Source: Candidatus Thalassarchaeaceae archaeon (GTDB lineage Archaea > Thermoplasmatota > Poseidoniia > MGIII > CG-Epi1). Taken from it: 62,931 nucleotides of DNA. A model generated the notes under the pieces. That model was not told where the DNA came from. It saw only the letters and a list, made by a program, of their open reading frames with translations, and did no database searches. Below are positions 9,422 through 17,416 of this stretch, one piece after another. The stretch covers positions 1-62,931 of the forward strand of contig CAUZDT010000001.1 of assembly GCA_963578705.1 (NCBI GenBank), given 5' to 3'. Position 1 is the first letter of the stretch; every line of letters begins with the position of its first letter. The translations under genes were made by a program, and so were the position numbers.

Positions 9422-12043
9422 CTAGCTATATTCCGCTTCCATCCGGGTCTTGTAGTCCATGACCAGGGCATGCGCCCCGTCAATATCGTTAATGGACAGG
9501 ACCACGAGGTCATTCTCCCGGGCCGAATCCAGGGCAAACTTCAGCGCATCCTTTTCATCGCGGAATGTAGTAATTGCTGATTCATCTACGCCGAATTTCA
9601 TAAGGTATTTTTTATATAAATCAACTATTTCTCCGGGTTTTCTTCCCCGCAGGTAATATTCGAAAACAATAATCTGGTCGAATCCCTCACTAAGGATTTT
9701 TGAACATAGTTCAAAATCTACTTCCCGTCTGTCTCCCGGCAGGGAAACCGTCACTATCCTCCGCTCCGCCGGCAGGGCCAGCGCGAAGTCCTTCAGGGCC
9801 TGATAACCCGCCTGATTATGGGCGTAATCAATCAGGACCTTGAATGTCAGCATATCCTCCAGCGTCGTTCTTCCCGGGGTCTGGGAATAGGAAGGGAAGA
9901 AAGTACTGATTCCCGCCTTGATATTGTCGTCGCTGATACCGAGGGCAAAGGTTGCACCGACAGCTGCCAGCGTGTTCATGATGTTGAAGGCCGCTTTTCC
10001 ATCGAACGTGATGGGGATGTCGGCCAGCGGCAGCAGGGGGTATTTCCAAGGGCCCTTGTAGATGCAGACCTGGTTGTCTTCCAGGACTATGGAAATACCA
10101 TTGTTTTTCTTGTGGTCTCGGATTATCTCGTTCCGTGGGTCCAGGCTGTAATAAATCGTTTCGCCGCTGACGTACCGTTCCATCCGGGCTACCAAGGGGT
10201 CATCAGCATTCAGGATTGCGTGGCCGTCTTTCCTGACTATTTGCGGGATGACGCTCTTGACCTGGGCGAGCTGTTTCAACGTATCAATGCCTTTCAGCCC
10301 CAGGTGGTCGGGAGAGATGTTCGTGACGACCCCCACGTTGCACTCCCGGTAGCCCAGCCCGGCCCGCAGGATGCCTCCGCGCGCGCACTCCAGGACCGCC
10401 GCGTCAATCGTCGGGTCAGACAGCACCAGCCCGTGCGACTTGGGGCCGGTCATGTCCCCGGGGTAGATCAGCCGGTTCTTGATGTAGACCCCTTCGGTGG
10501 TGCACATCCCGACCGTCGAGCCGGCTCCCTTCAGGATGTGGTTGATGAGCCGCGTGGTCGTGGTCTTGCCATTTGTCCCGGTCACCGCAACGATGGGAAT
10601 CGTAGAGCGGACTCCGGGCGGGAAGAGCATATCGATGACCGGCTCCGCCACGTTCCGCGCCAGCCCCGAAGTCGGCTGCAGGTGCATCCGGAAACCGGGG
10701 GCGGCATTGATTTCGACAATGCCGCCCCCGTTCTCGCTCAGCGTCGTCGTCAGGTCGGGCGCGATTATGTCGACGCCGCCGATGTCAAGCCCAATCAGCC
10801 GAATTGCTCGCTCGGCGATGTGGACGTTCGCCGGATGGACCTCGTCGGTGATGTCCACCGCCGTGCCGCCCGTCGAGAGATTTGCGGTGGTTTTCAGCGT
10901 CAGTATCTCGCCTTTCGGAAGCACTGACTTCAGGATGTAACCAGCGTCCTCGATTAGCCGCTCAGTCTGGTGGTCAACCGTGATTTCGGTCAGGACGTTC
11001 TCGTGCCCGTAACCCCGCAGCGGGTTCTCGTTCTCCCGGTCAATCAGTGCCTGCAGGGTATCCTTGCCGTTGCCGATGACGTGCGCCGGGACACGGTGAG
11101 CTGCCGCGACCATTTTGCCGTTGATGACCAGCACCCGGTAGTCATTCCCCGCCAGCGTTTTTTCGATGATGACCCACCCCTTCCGGGATTGTAATTTTGC
11201 GGCGTCAAACGCCGTGGCGAAATGCTCCAGGTTGTTGACGCCTACCGTCACACCCCGGCCGTGGTTTCCATCCAACGGCTTGACGACCAGCGGATACTCG
11301 ATTTTCCTGATTGATTTTTTCGCATCCTCGAATTTTCGCGTGACGATGCCCCGGGCAACGGGAATTCCGTGGTCCTCAAGGATTTTCTTGGTTTCCCATT
11401 TGTCTGCGGCGTAATCGACGGCGATGCTCGCCGTCCGGTCTGTCATGGTGGCGCGGATTTTGCGCTGCTGATTTCCATAACCCAGCTGGACAAAAGAGCC
11501 CCGGTTCAGGCGGATGTAGGGAATCCCCCGCCTCACCGCTTCCGCGACGATGGAACCGGTGCTGGGGCCCAGCTTGTATTTTTCCCGCAGTTCCTTCAGC
11601 TCCTGTATAGCGGCTTCAATGTCAAAGTCCTTTTTCTCTACGAGGTTTTCACAGAGTTCCACTGCCAGAATTCCTGCCCGTTTCCCGGCTTCGCCTACGA
11701 CATATGAATAGATTACATTGTACACCCCTCGTTCGCTGGTTTCACGGGTCCTGCCGAATCCAGTCTCCATCTCCGCCAGAGTCTGGAGCTCAAGTGCGAC
11801 ATGCTCGGCCACATGCCCCATCCAAGTCCCCTTCTTCACCCGCTGGAAAAACCCACCCTTCGAGCCGATACTGCAACGGTGGTCGTAGAGCGACGGCAAC
11901 GCCTTCTTCAGGCGACCGTAGAAGCCCCTGATCTTGTTGGTCGGCGTCTCCTCGAGTTCGCCAATATCCAGGACTAACTGGATGCAGGGCCGGCGGGTCC
12001 AGTAGTTGGGCCCTGAAAGCGTGCGTATTTCGCGGATTTTCAT
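9422..12043 (-). CDS. cphA: Cyanophycin synthetase (CphA1-like: N domain + ATP-grasp + Mur-ligase-like domain)
   Basis: 873 aa, starting MKIREIRTLSGPNYW.... ATP-grasp region (PLVVKPLDGNHGRGV). Mur-ligase P-loop (VAVTGTNGKTTTTRL) and DYAHN motif. Architecture and length are typical of CphA. Visibly AT-richer and Lys/Ile-richer than its neighbours. Confidence 0.9.
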   Translation of the reverse strand: MKIREIRTLSGPNYWTRRPCIQLVLDIGELEETPTNKIRGFYGRLKKALPSLYDHRCSIGSKGGFFQRVKKGTWMGHVAEHVALELQTLAEMETGFGRTRETSERGVYNVIYSYVVGEAGKRAGILAVELCENLVEKKDFDIEAAIQELKELREKYKLGPSTGSIVAEAVRRGIPYIRLNRGSFVQLGYGNQQRKIRATMTDRTASIAVDYAADKWETKKILEDHGIPVARGIVTRKFEDAKKSIRKIEYPLVVKPLDGNHGRGVTVGVNNLEHFATAFDAAKLQSRKGWVIIEKTLAGNDYRVLVINGKMVAAAHRVPAHVIGNGKDTLQALIDRENENPLRGYGHENVLTEITVDHQTERLIEDAGYILKSVLPKGEILTLKTTANLSTGGTAVDITDEVHPANVHIAERAIRLIGLDIGGVDIIAPDLTTTLSENGGGIVEINAAPGFRMHLQPTSGLARNVAEPVIDMLFPPGVRSTIPIVAVTGTNGKTTTTRLINHILKGAGSTVGMCTTEGVYIKNRLIYPGDMTGPKSHGLVLSDPTIDAAVLECARGGILRAGLGYRECNVGVVTNISPDHLGLKGIDTLKQLAQVKSVIPQIVRKDGHAILNADDPLVARMERYVSGETIYYSLDPRNEIIRDHKKNNGISIVLEDNQVCIYKGPWKYPLLPLADIPITFDGKAAFNIMNTLAAVGATFALGISDDNIKAGISTFFPSYSQTPGRTTLEDMLTFKVLIDYAHNQAGYQALKDFALALPAERRIVTVSLPGDRREVDFELCSKILSEGFDQIIVFEYYLRGRKPGEIVDLYKKYLMKFGVDESAITTFRDEKDALKFALDSARENDLVVLSINDIDGAHALVMDYKTRMEAEYS

Positions 12044-12888
12044 TGGACCACTTCTTCGGCCGGTATCGCGATTTCTTCCCCGATATCCTCGTTCCGGATG
12101 GGTGTCTTCGTGGCGAAGTCGAAACCATCCCCGTCAGCCAGGACATGCATCATCAGCCCGAAAATCGAAATCGGTTTTCCCGCATGGCCATCGGCATAGC
12201 TGGAATAGGCCACTCCGCCCCCATCCAGGACCGTGACGGTCCCCCTTCCCATGACCGAAGCGACCGTACCGTTCTCGATGTAGAGTGCCGTATTTTCATC
12301 GATGCCCACGCCAAGATTCCGGGGATGCGACATGACCGCTGCCGCCAGCCTGTAAATCCGGTCCCGTTGCCTGAAATGCTGGTCGATTATCACGTCCTGG
12401 ATTAGCCCCAATCCTGCCGAAAGGCGAATTGATTTCCGGCGTGAATAGGTGAAAGGCATCCCACCGGCAACCATGACCGAGCTCATAATTGACGCGCCGG
12501 CGCTGGTCCCTCCCGTCGGAATCCCCTTCCGGAACTGCCTTGCGAGCGCCGCTTCCAGCCGGGTGCCGCCGATGGTGGCGGCCACTTTCACCTGGTTACC
12601 TCCCGAAATGAAAATCCCGGTGGCTTGCTTGATTAGCTCTATCGCCTCGGCCGAGTTGGCTTCCTCCCGCGACAGGATCGGAAGCACCTTGACCGAAGCA
12701 GCACCCATTCCGAAAAATATCTTCTGGTATTTTTCGCCGGTTTTCAGCGGGACCTGACTGGCGCAGGTGATGAGGGTGATGCGGCTCTGGGCGCCTCCGC
12801 ACAAGTCGAAGAAAAAGCGCAGGAGCCGGGCCCCCCGACCCTTTTTTTCGGCTCCGCCAATAACGAAAAGTTTCGTGGTTTCAGGCAT
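12040..12888 (-). CDS. cphB: Cyanophycinase (peptidase S51)
   Basis: 282 aa with LFVIGGAEKK, FISGGNQ and catalytic-Ser block GGTSAGASIM, typical of CphB/S51. Its stop overlaps the cphA start by 4 nt. Confidence 0.88.
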   Translation of the reverse strand: MPETTKLFVIGGAEKKGRGARLLRFFFDLCGGAQSRITLITCASQVPLKTGEKYQKIFFGMGAASVKVLPILSREEANSAEAIELIKQATGIFISGGNQVKVAATIGGTRLEAALARQFRKGIPTGGTSAGASIMSSVMVAGGMPFTYSRRKSIRLSAGLGLIQDVIIDQHFRQRDRIYRLAAAVMSHPRNLGVGIDENTALYIENGTVASVMGRGTVTVLDGGGVAYSSYADGHAGKPISIFGLMMHVLADGDGFDFATKTPIRNEDIGEEIAIPAEEVVQ

Positions 12889-12949
12889 GTTATGTTACGC
12901 TCGGCTGCGCGGAGTGATAATAGCCGCAGCCCACTATAAATCATAATAG

Positions 12950-13750
12950 TCAAGTTCCAATTTTAAACTCGGAAAGCAGCCCCCGCACGGTCGCAACTGC
13001 CGAGAGCGCCGCCAGGTGCGAAGTGCGCGGGTTGCGCAGGCTGGGCCGGTTTTCGACCTCGACGCGCATGCGGCCAAAGTCGCCCGCGACCGTGATTGTG
13101 TGGGTGTTGCGCTCCGCGTCCGGGTCGACGACGATGCGCACGCGCGTGCCTTCGGCGCCGAGCCCCGCCAGCCCCAGCGTCGCGGCGATATTGACGTTCT
13201 GTGGGAAGCGGCGGCACGCCTCGGCGGCGGTCCCGTCGAAGATGGTGCGCGGTTTGCGGATGCGCGCCAGCGCGCCGTTTTCCCACGCTTCGGTGCCCTC
13301 GAACATGCGCGGTGGCTTGCGCGTCTCCAGTTCGACGCGGCGCAGGTTGCCGACCTGCGCTGACTTTAGCCCGTCAAGCCCGGCGATGGCGCCCGACGGG
13401 ACGTGGAAGCGGCTGCCGCCCTTCTTCGCTGCGCGCTCGAGAGCGCGCAGCACCGATGGTTCGGTGAGCGCGCCGACCGACATCACGACCAGTTCGCAGC
13501 CCGCCTCGAGCACGGCGGGGCCGCGTGACCGCAGCGCGCCCTGTGATGCCGCCTCGACGACGACCTCGACTTCGTCGAGCATCGCGCCGAAGCTGGGGAC
13601 GCAAGTCACCTTGTCCATCGTGCGCGCCAGTTCGCGAGCGCGGGTGCGGGCGCGGTCCCAGATGATGATTTCACTGACGCCCGGCTCCGCCTGCAGGAAG
13701 CGCGCCAGCGTCGAGCCGATTGAGCCGCAGCCAATCAGCCCGAGTCGCAC
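12950..13750 (-). CDS. nadX: L-aspartate dehydrogenase
   Basis: MRLGLIGCGSIGSTL Rossmann start, SGAIAGLDGLKSA and NIAATL blocks, about 266 aa, as in NadX (Thermotoga/Archaeoglobus type). Confidence 0.8.
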   Translation of the reverse strand: MRLGLIGCGSIGSTLARFLQAEPGVSEIIIWDRARTRARELARTMDKVTCVPSFGAMLDEVEVVVEAASQGALRSRGPAVLEAGCELVVMSVGALTEPSVLRALERAAKKGGSRFHVPSGAIAGLDGLKSAQVGNLRRVELETRKPPRMFEGTEAWENGALARIRKPRTIFDGTAAEACRRFPQNVNIAATLGLAGLGAEGTRVRIVVDPDAERNTHTITVAGDFGRMRVEVENRPSLRNPRTSHLAALSAVATVRGLLSEFKIGT

Positions 13751-14829
13751 AGCCGCTCCATCACGCGCGGGAAATGCTCGGCGAACCGCTCGACCTCAGG
13801 TGTCGGCAGTGAAAAGGAGACGCGCACAAAGCGGTCGCCGAATCGTGCCGAAACATAATTCCCGGCCCGGATGAAAATCTGGTGGTCGTAGAGCAGTGCG
13901 TCCTGCACCACCTGCGGCGAAACCCCGCAATCGGCGATGTCGATGACCATCATGTTGGCTGCCGACGGGTAGACCGGCAGGTGCGCGCCGTCGACAGCGT
14001 CGACGGCGCGCTTGATAATGGCCTGATTGTGGCTGCAGATTTCGATGTTGCGCGACAGCCATTCCGGTTTCGTTTCGAGTGCGGCAATCGCGGCGCGCTG
14101 GCCGATGATTGAAATCCCCAAGTCGGAGACCATACTGCCGACGATGTCGTCGATGAACTCCTGCGGCGCCACCAGCGCCCCCACGCGCAGCCCCGCCAGG
14201 CCGCAGTTCTTGCTCACCGAGTAGGCGATGACCGTGCGCTCTGGCGCGAACTCGGTCGCGAGCGTATGCTCCGGCGCGAAGTCGCGGTAGGTGATGTCAT
14301 CGATAATCCACAGGTCGTGCTCGTGCGCGATTTCGCACAGCGCCCGCACCTCCTCGCGCGGGTAGGTCGAGCCGAGCGGGTTGAGCGGGTCAATCAGCAG
14401 GATGCTCTTCGTCTCGGGCGTAATCGCGGCCCGGACCGCGTCCAGGTCGAAGCGGCAGGTGCCGCCGTAAATCGGCAGGTCGGTGCACTCGGCGCCGCCC
14501 ATTTTCGCGAATTTGTGGATGATGAAGTAGGACGGGTCCGACGTAATCATGCGGCTCCCTGCCGGCTGCAGGTAGCGCATCAGGCAGTACAGGGCTTCGG
14601 TGCCGCCGTTGGTGAGGTGCATCCCGAAGTCTGGCAGGCCCAAATCCTCCAGGATGAGTTCGCGCAGCCGCGGCAGCCCCTCCACGAGCGGATACTTGTT
14701 GAACTCGTGGCTGGCAGCCGAGTCGCGGATTGCCTCTTCGATGGCGGGATGCGTCGGCAGATGGTTGGTGTTCTGCGCCATCCAGACGATGTCGTCGCGA
14801 CCGTGCGCATACGCGAAGTCATCGCTCAT
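13735..14829 (-). CDS. Pyridoxal-phosphate-dependent aminotransferase, class I/II (aspartate aminotransferase-like)
   Basis: 364 aa. SVSKNCGLAGLRVG (PLP-Lys block), NPLNPLGSTY, DDITYRDF. Overlaps the nadX start by 16 nt (same strand, operon-like). Confidence 0.8.
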   Translation of the reverse strand: MSDDFAYAHGRDDIVWMAQNTNHLPTHPAIEEAIRDSAASHEFNKYPLVEGLPRLRELILEDLGLPDFGMHLTNGGTEALYCLMRYLQPAGSRMITSDPSYFIIHKFAKMGGAECTDLPIYGGTCRFDLDAVRAAITPETKSILLIDPLNPLGSTYPREEVRALCEIAHEHDLWIIDDITYRDFAPEHTLATEFAPERTVIAYSVSKNCGLAGLRVGALVAPQEFIDDIVGSMVSDLGISIIGQRAAIAALETKPEWLSRNIEICSHNQAIIKRAVDAVDGAHLPVYPSAANMMVIDIADCGVSPQVVQDALLYDHQIFIRAGNYVSARFGDRFVRVSFSLPTPEVERFAEHFPRVMERLCDSG

Positions 14830-14915
14830 CGCGCGGCGACGCGTCGCCCCTGAATTAAGAGTGCGCCCAGAACGGCTGCCCCCGGCTTCATTAAGCGCCC
14901 GAGCGCTTCGCCGGC

Positions 14916-15818
14916 GTGCGCGCGCCCCTGCGACTCTGGCTGCGGTTCATCGGCGTCGAGTTCTGGCTGGTCGCGCTGGTGCCGTTCCAGATTGGTTTCA
15001 TCGTCGGCGCGCAGGAGTGGAGCAGCCGCGCCGGCCTGCTCGGGTTGGTAACGGTCGCGCTCCTGACGGCGAGCAGTTTCGTCCTGAACCACCTCTGCGA
15101 CCTCGAGACCGACCGGCGGAATCCCCGCAAGGCGTTCAGCCTGCTCGTGCGGGGCGACCTCACCCCGGCCGCCGGATGGGCGCTCTTTGGCGCGCTGCAG
15201 GTCGCGACGCTGGCGCTGGCGGCGTTCGCGGGACGCGATTTCCTGCTCTGCCTGCTCTGCCTCACGGCGATTTCGCTCGCCTACAACGTCGCGCCGCTGC
15301 GGCTCAAGGAGCGGCCCGGCCTCGATATAGCCTCCAACGGTGTCAGCCTCGGCTTCCTGCTGCCGCTGGCGGGCTGGTCGCTCTCGCAGCCGCTGGCGGA
15401 ATTCCCGCGACTCTACTTCGCCTCGGTCGTCTGCTACCTCGTCGCCTTCTACTGCCCCACGATGGCGGTCGACGTTGCCGCCGACCGCGCGGTCGGGACG
15501 ACCACCTTCGCGACGCGCTTCGGCGCGGTGGCGACGATGCGGCTCTCGTGGGCGGCGACGGCCGCCGGCGCCGGCCTGTTGCTCTGGAGCGGGGTGACCG
15601 ACGTGTTTCCGTGGGACAACAACCTGCTCTGGTGGACCGGCTGGATACTACTGCTGCAGCCGCTAGCGCACTGGCGTGAACTGCCGCCCAACGCGGCGCC
15701 GAGTTACGAGACGGTGCGCCGCGGCTCGATTATCCTCGCGACGATTGCGGCCGCGGCAACCACGTCGTTCCTCTGGCTCTACCTGGCCGGCTCTCCCGTC
15801 CCGCCCTTCAGGCGTTGA
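14916..15818 (+). CDS. UbiA-family prenyltransferase (specificity unknown; DGGGP-synthase-like size)
   Basis: Multi-TM. First Asp-rich motif is NHLCDLETDRRNPRK and the second is AVDVAADRAVG. About 300 aa. GTG start. Confidence 0.7.
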   Translation: MRAPLRLWLRFIGVEFWLVALVPFQIGFIVGAQEWSSRAGLLGLVTVALLTASSFVLNHLCDLETDRRNPRKAFSLLVRGDLTPAAGWALFGALQVATLALAAFAGRDFLLCLLCLTAISLAYNVAPLRLKERPGLDIASNGVSLGFLLPLAGWSLSQPLAEFPRLYFASVVCYLVAFYCPTMAVDVAADRAVGTTTFATRFGAVATMRLSWAATAAGAGLLLWSGVTDVFPWDNNLLWWTGWILLLQPLAHWRELPPNAAPSYETVRRGSIILATIAAAATTSFLWLYLAGSPVPPFRR

Positions 15819-15987
15819 CGAAGCCGAGAACCTTGCGGCAGTTTGCGCAGGAGATTGACATCACCTGTCCGCCGCCGGTATCCAGGTCGATGGTGCTGAA
15901 GCGGTAGGTATTGTCGACCACGCCGATGTCTTTCTTGCAGAAGGGGCATTTCTCGGGCGCGTCCGGGTCTGCCGAGCTGCTGAACAT
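15808..15987 (-). CDS. Hypothetical small zinc-ribbon protein (59 aa)
   Basis: This is the 3' end of the otherwise Ser/Arg-rich ORF 15808..16734. From ATG 15987 it reads MFSSSADPDAPEKCPFCKKDIGVVDNTYRFSTIDLDTGGGQVMSISCANCRKVLGFVNA (CxxC...CxxC, normal composition). TATA-like box about 25 nt upstream. Confidence 0.55.
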   Translation of the reverse strand: MFSSSADPDAPEKCPFCKKDIGVVDNTYRFSTIDLDTGGGQVMSISCANCRKVLGFVNA

Positions 15988-16008
15988 GAGTGCAGCGCAG
16001 GCTGCCGC

Positions 16009-16016
16009 ATATTTAT
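16009..16016. promoter_or_regulatory. Shared TATA-like box (ATATTTAT) for divergent, apparently leaderless genes
   Basis: This is the only AT-rich element in the 49-nt spacer 15988..16036. Its centre is about 25 nt from both the minus-strand ATG 15987 and the plus-strand GTG 16037. Confidence 0.4.
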
Positions 16017-16036
16017 GCGCGCGGTCGCTGCCCTTT

Positions 16037-16714
16037 GTGGCGGGACGGCTGCTGCTGGTGGGGACGGCGCACGTGATGGAGCTGGCGCTGCCGCTTGAGC
16101 GGGTGCTGCGCACTTTCGACCCCGACGTCGTCGCGCTCGAACTGGACCCACAACGCTGGGCGGCCTTGCGGGCGCCCGTCAGGCCACGCCGCGGGCCGTT
16201 GCTGCTGCGGCTACTCGCGTCGTTGCAGGAGCGGCTGGGTGAAATCCTGGGCGCGCCGCCCGGCAGCGACATGCTCGCCGCGGGCCGCACCGCGCAGCGA
16301 CTCGGCGCGCGGCTGGCGCTGGTCGACCTGCCGGTCATCCCGACGCTGCAGCGCGCCTGGCGGGCGCTTGGCTGGCGCGAGCGGCTGGCGCTGGCGCGCG
16401 AACTGCTGCCACCGCTGCTGGGCGCGGAAGCGCTGGCGAGCGGTCCACCGGCTGGCAAAAACCCGCTCGCGACCGGTGACTTCTCGCGCGAACTCGCCGA
16501 GTTCGCGCGCCGTTTCCCGTCGCTCCAGCGCGAGTTGATTGACCGCCGCGACCGCCACATGGCGCGGCGGCTGGTGGCGCTGCTGCGCGACGGCCAGCGC
16601 GTGGCGGCGGTCGTCGGCGAAGGGCACCTGCCGGGGCTGGAGCGGCGGCTCGCTCGTCTGTCTCCAGAGGTAATGCCGTTGCAGAGGTTGCTCACGCTAC
16701 GCGGAAACGGGTAA
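16037..16714 (+). CDS. TraB/PrgY/GumN-family protein
   Basis: LLLVGTAHVMELA near the N-terminus, VALELDPQR, IDRRDRHMARRL, VVGEGHLPGL: the TraB-family blocks. Start set at GTG 16037 (VAGRLLLVGTAHV). The ATG at 15986 would overlap the divergent gene's start. Confidence 0.7.
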   Translation: MAGRLLLVGTAHVMELALPLERVLRTFDPDVVALELDPQRWAALRAPVRPRRGPLLLRLLASLQERLGEILGAPPGSDMLAAGRTAQRLGARLALVDLPVIPTLQRAWRALGWRERLALARELLPPLLGAEALASGPPAGKNPLATGDFSRELAEFARRFPSLQRELIDRRDRHMARRLVALLRDGQRVAAVVGEGHLPGLERRLARLSPEVMPLQRLLTLRGNG

Positions 16715-16715
16715 C

Positions 16716-17390
16716 TTACTTGCTGGCACCGCAAGCGCTGCAGCCACCGCCGCCCGCCTCGCCACCGCCGCCCGCCTCGCCACCGCCGCCCGCCTTGCCA
16801 CCGCCGGCGCCCTTGCCGGGCTCGAAGTAGGGGTTCTCGCCCTGCTCGTGGTCGGTGACGTCGACGACCTCGCTGATTTCCGGGACTTTCTGCCGCAGGT
16901 AGGACTCGATTCCATGCTTGAGCGTCACGTCGGCCATGCCGCAGCCCTGGCAGCCGCCACCCATCTGGACATACGCCTTGCCCTCCTCGATCCGCTGCAG
17001 CGTGACGACACCGCCGTGGTTGGCGATGCTGGGGTTAATCTCGTTGACAAGCACTGCCTGCACGCGCTCAAAGAGTTCCTCGCCGCTCGCCGGGGTCATC
17101 TCACCCACGGCCGGCTCGCCGCTTGCAATCTGCGCGCGGATGGCGTCGCCGATTAGCTTGCCGATTTCGGGCCACGCCGCGTCGCCCTGCTTGGTTACGC
17201 TGACCGTGTCGCGCGCGATGGTGACCGCGCTGACGTCCGGCAGCGCGAACAGCGCCTCGGCCAGCGGCGCCCCTTCGGCCGCCGCGGCGGAAGTGAAACT
17301 AGCGTTGCCACCATGCAGGCTGTGGTCGACGACAAAACGGCACACCTGCTGGTCGGCGGTCGGCTCGCCCCGGATACGGATTTCGGCCAT
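16716..17390 (-). CDS. NifU/Nfu-type Fe-S cluster scaffold protein with Gly-rich repeat tail ending in CSAC
   Basis: An Nfu_N-like N-terminal half is followed by a NifU C-terminal domain (NPSIANHGGVVTL...VQMGGGCQGCGMADVTLK). The tail is GKGAGGGKAGGGGEAGGGGEAGGGGCSACGASK. Confidence 0.85.
   Translation of the reverse strand: MAEIRIRGEPTADQQVCRFVVDHSLHGGNASFTSAAAAEGAPLAEALFALPDVSAVTIARDTVSVTKQGDAAWPEIGKLIGDAIRAQIASGEPAVGEMTPASGEELFERVQAVLVNEINPSIANHGGVVTLQRIEEGKAYVQMGGGCQGCGMADVTLKHGIESYLRQKVPEISEVVDVTDHEQGENPYFEPGKGAGGGKAGGGGEAGGGGEAGGGGCSACGASK
16744..16815 (-). repeat. In-frame 18-nt tandem repeat (about 4 copies) encoding the GGGGEA/GGGKAG tail of Nfu
   Basis: Plus-strand units are CCACCGCCGCCCGCCTCG (16744, 16762), CCACCGCCGCCCGCCTTG (16780) and CCACCGCCGGCGCCCTTG (16798). 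Confidence 0.85.
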
Positions 17391-17416
17391 CGTGTGGGGT
17401 GTGTGCTATCGCGCTA

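Noticed and set aside
9818-10927. 369-aa plus-strand ORF inside the cph island
   Set aside because: It is antisense to cphA, which is recognisable over its full length.
15808-16734. 308-aa Ser/Arg-rich minus-strand ORF
   Set aside because: It is antisense to the TraB-family gene and its composition is implausible. Only its last 59 codons (15808..15987, zinc-ribbon peptide) are kept.
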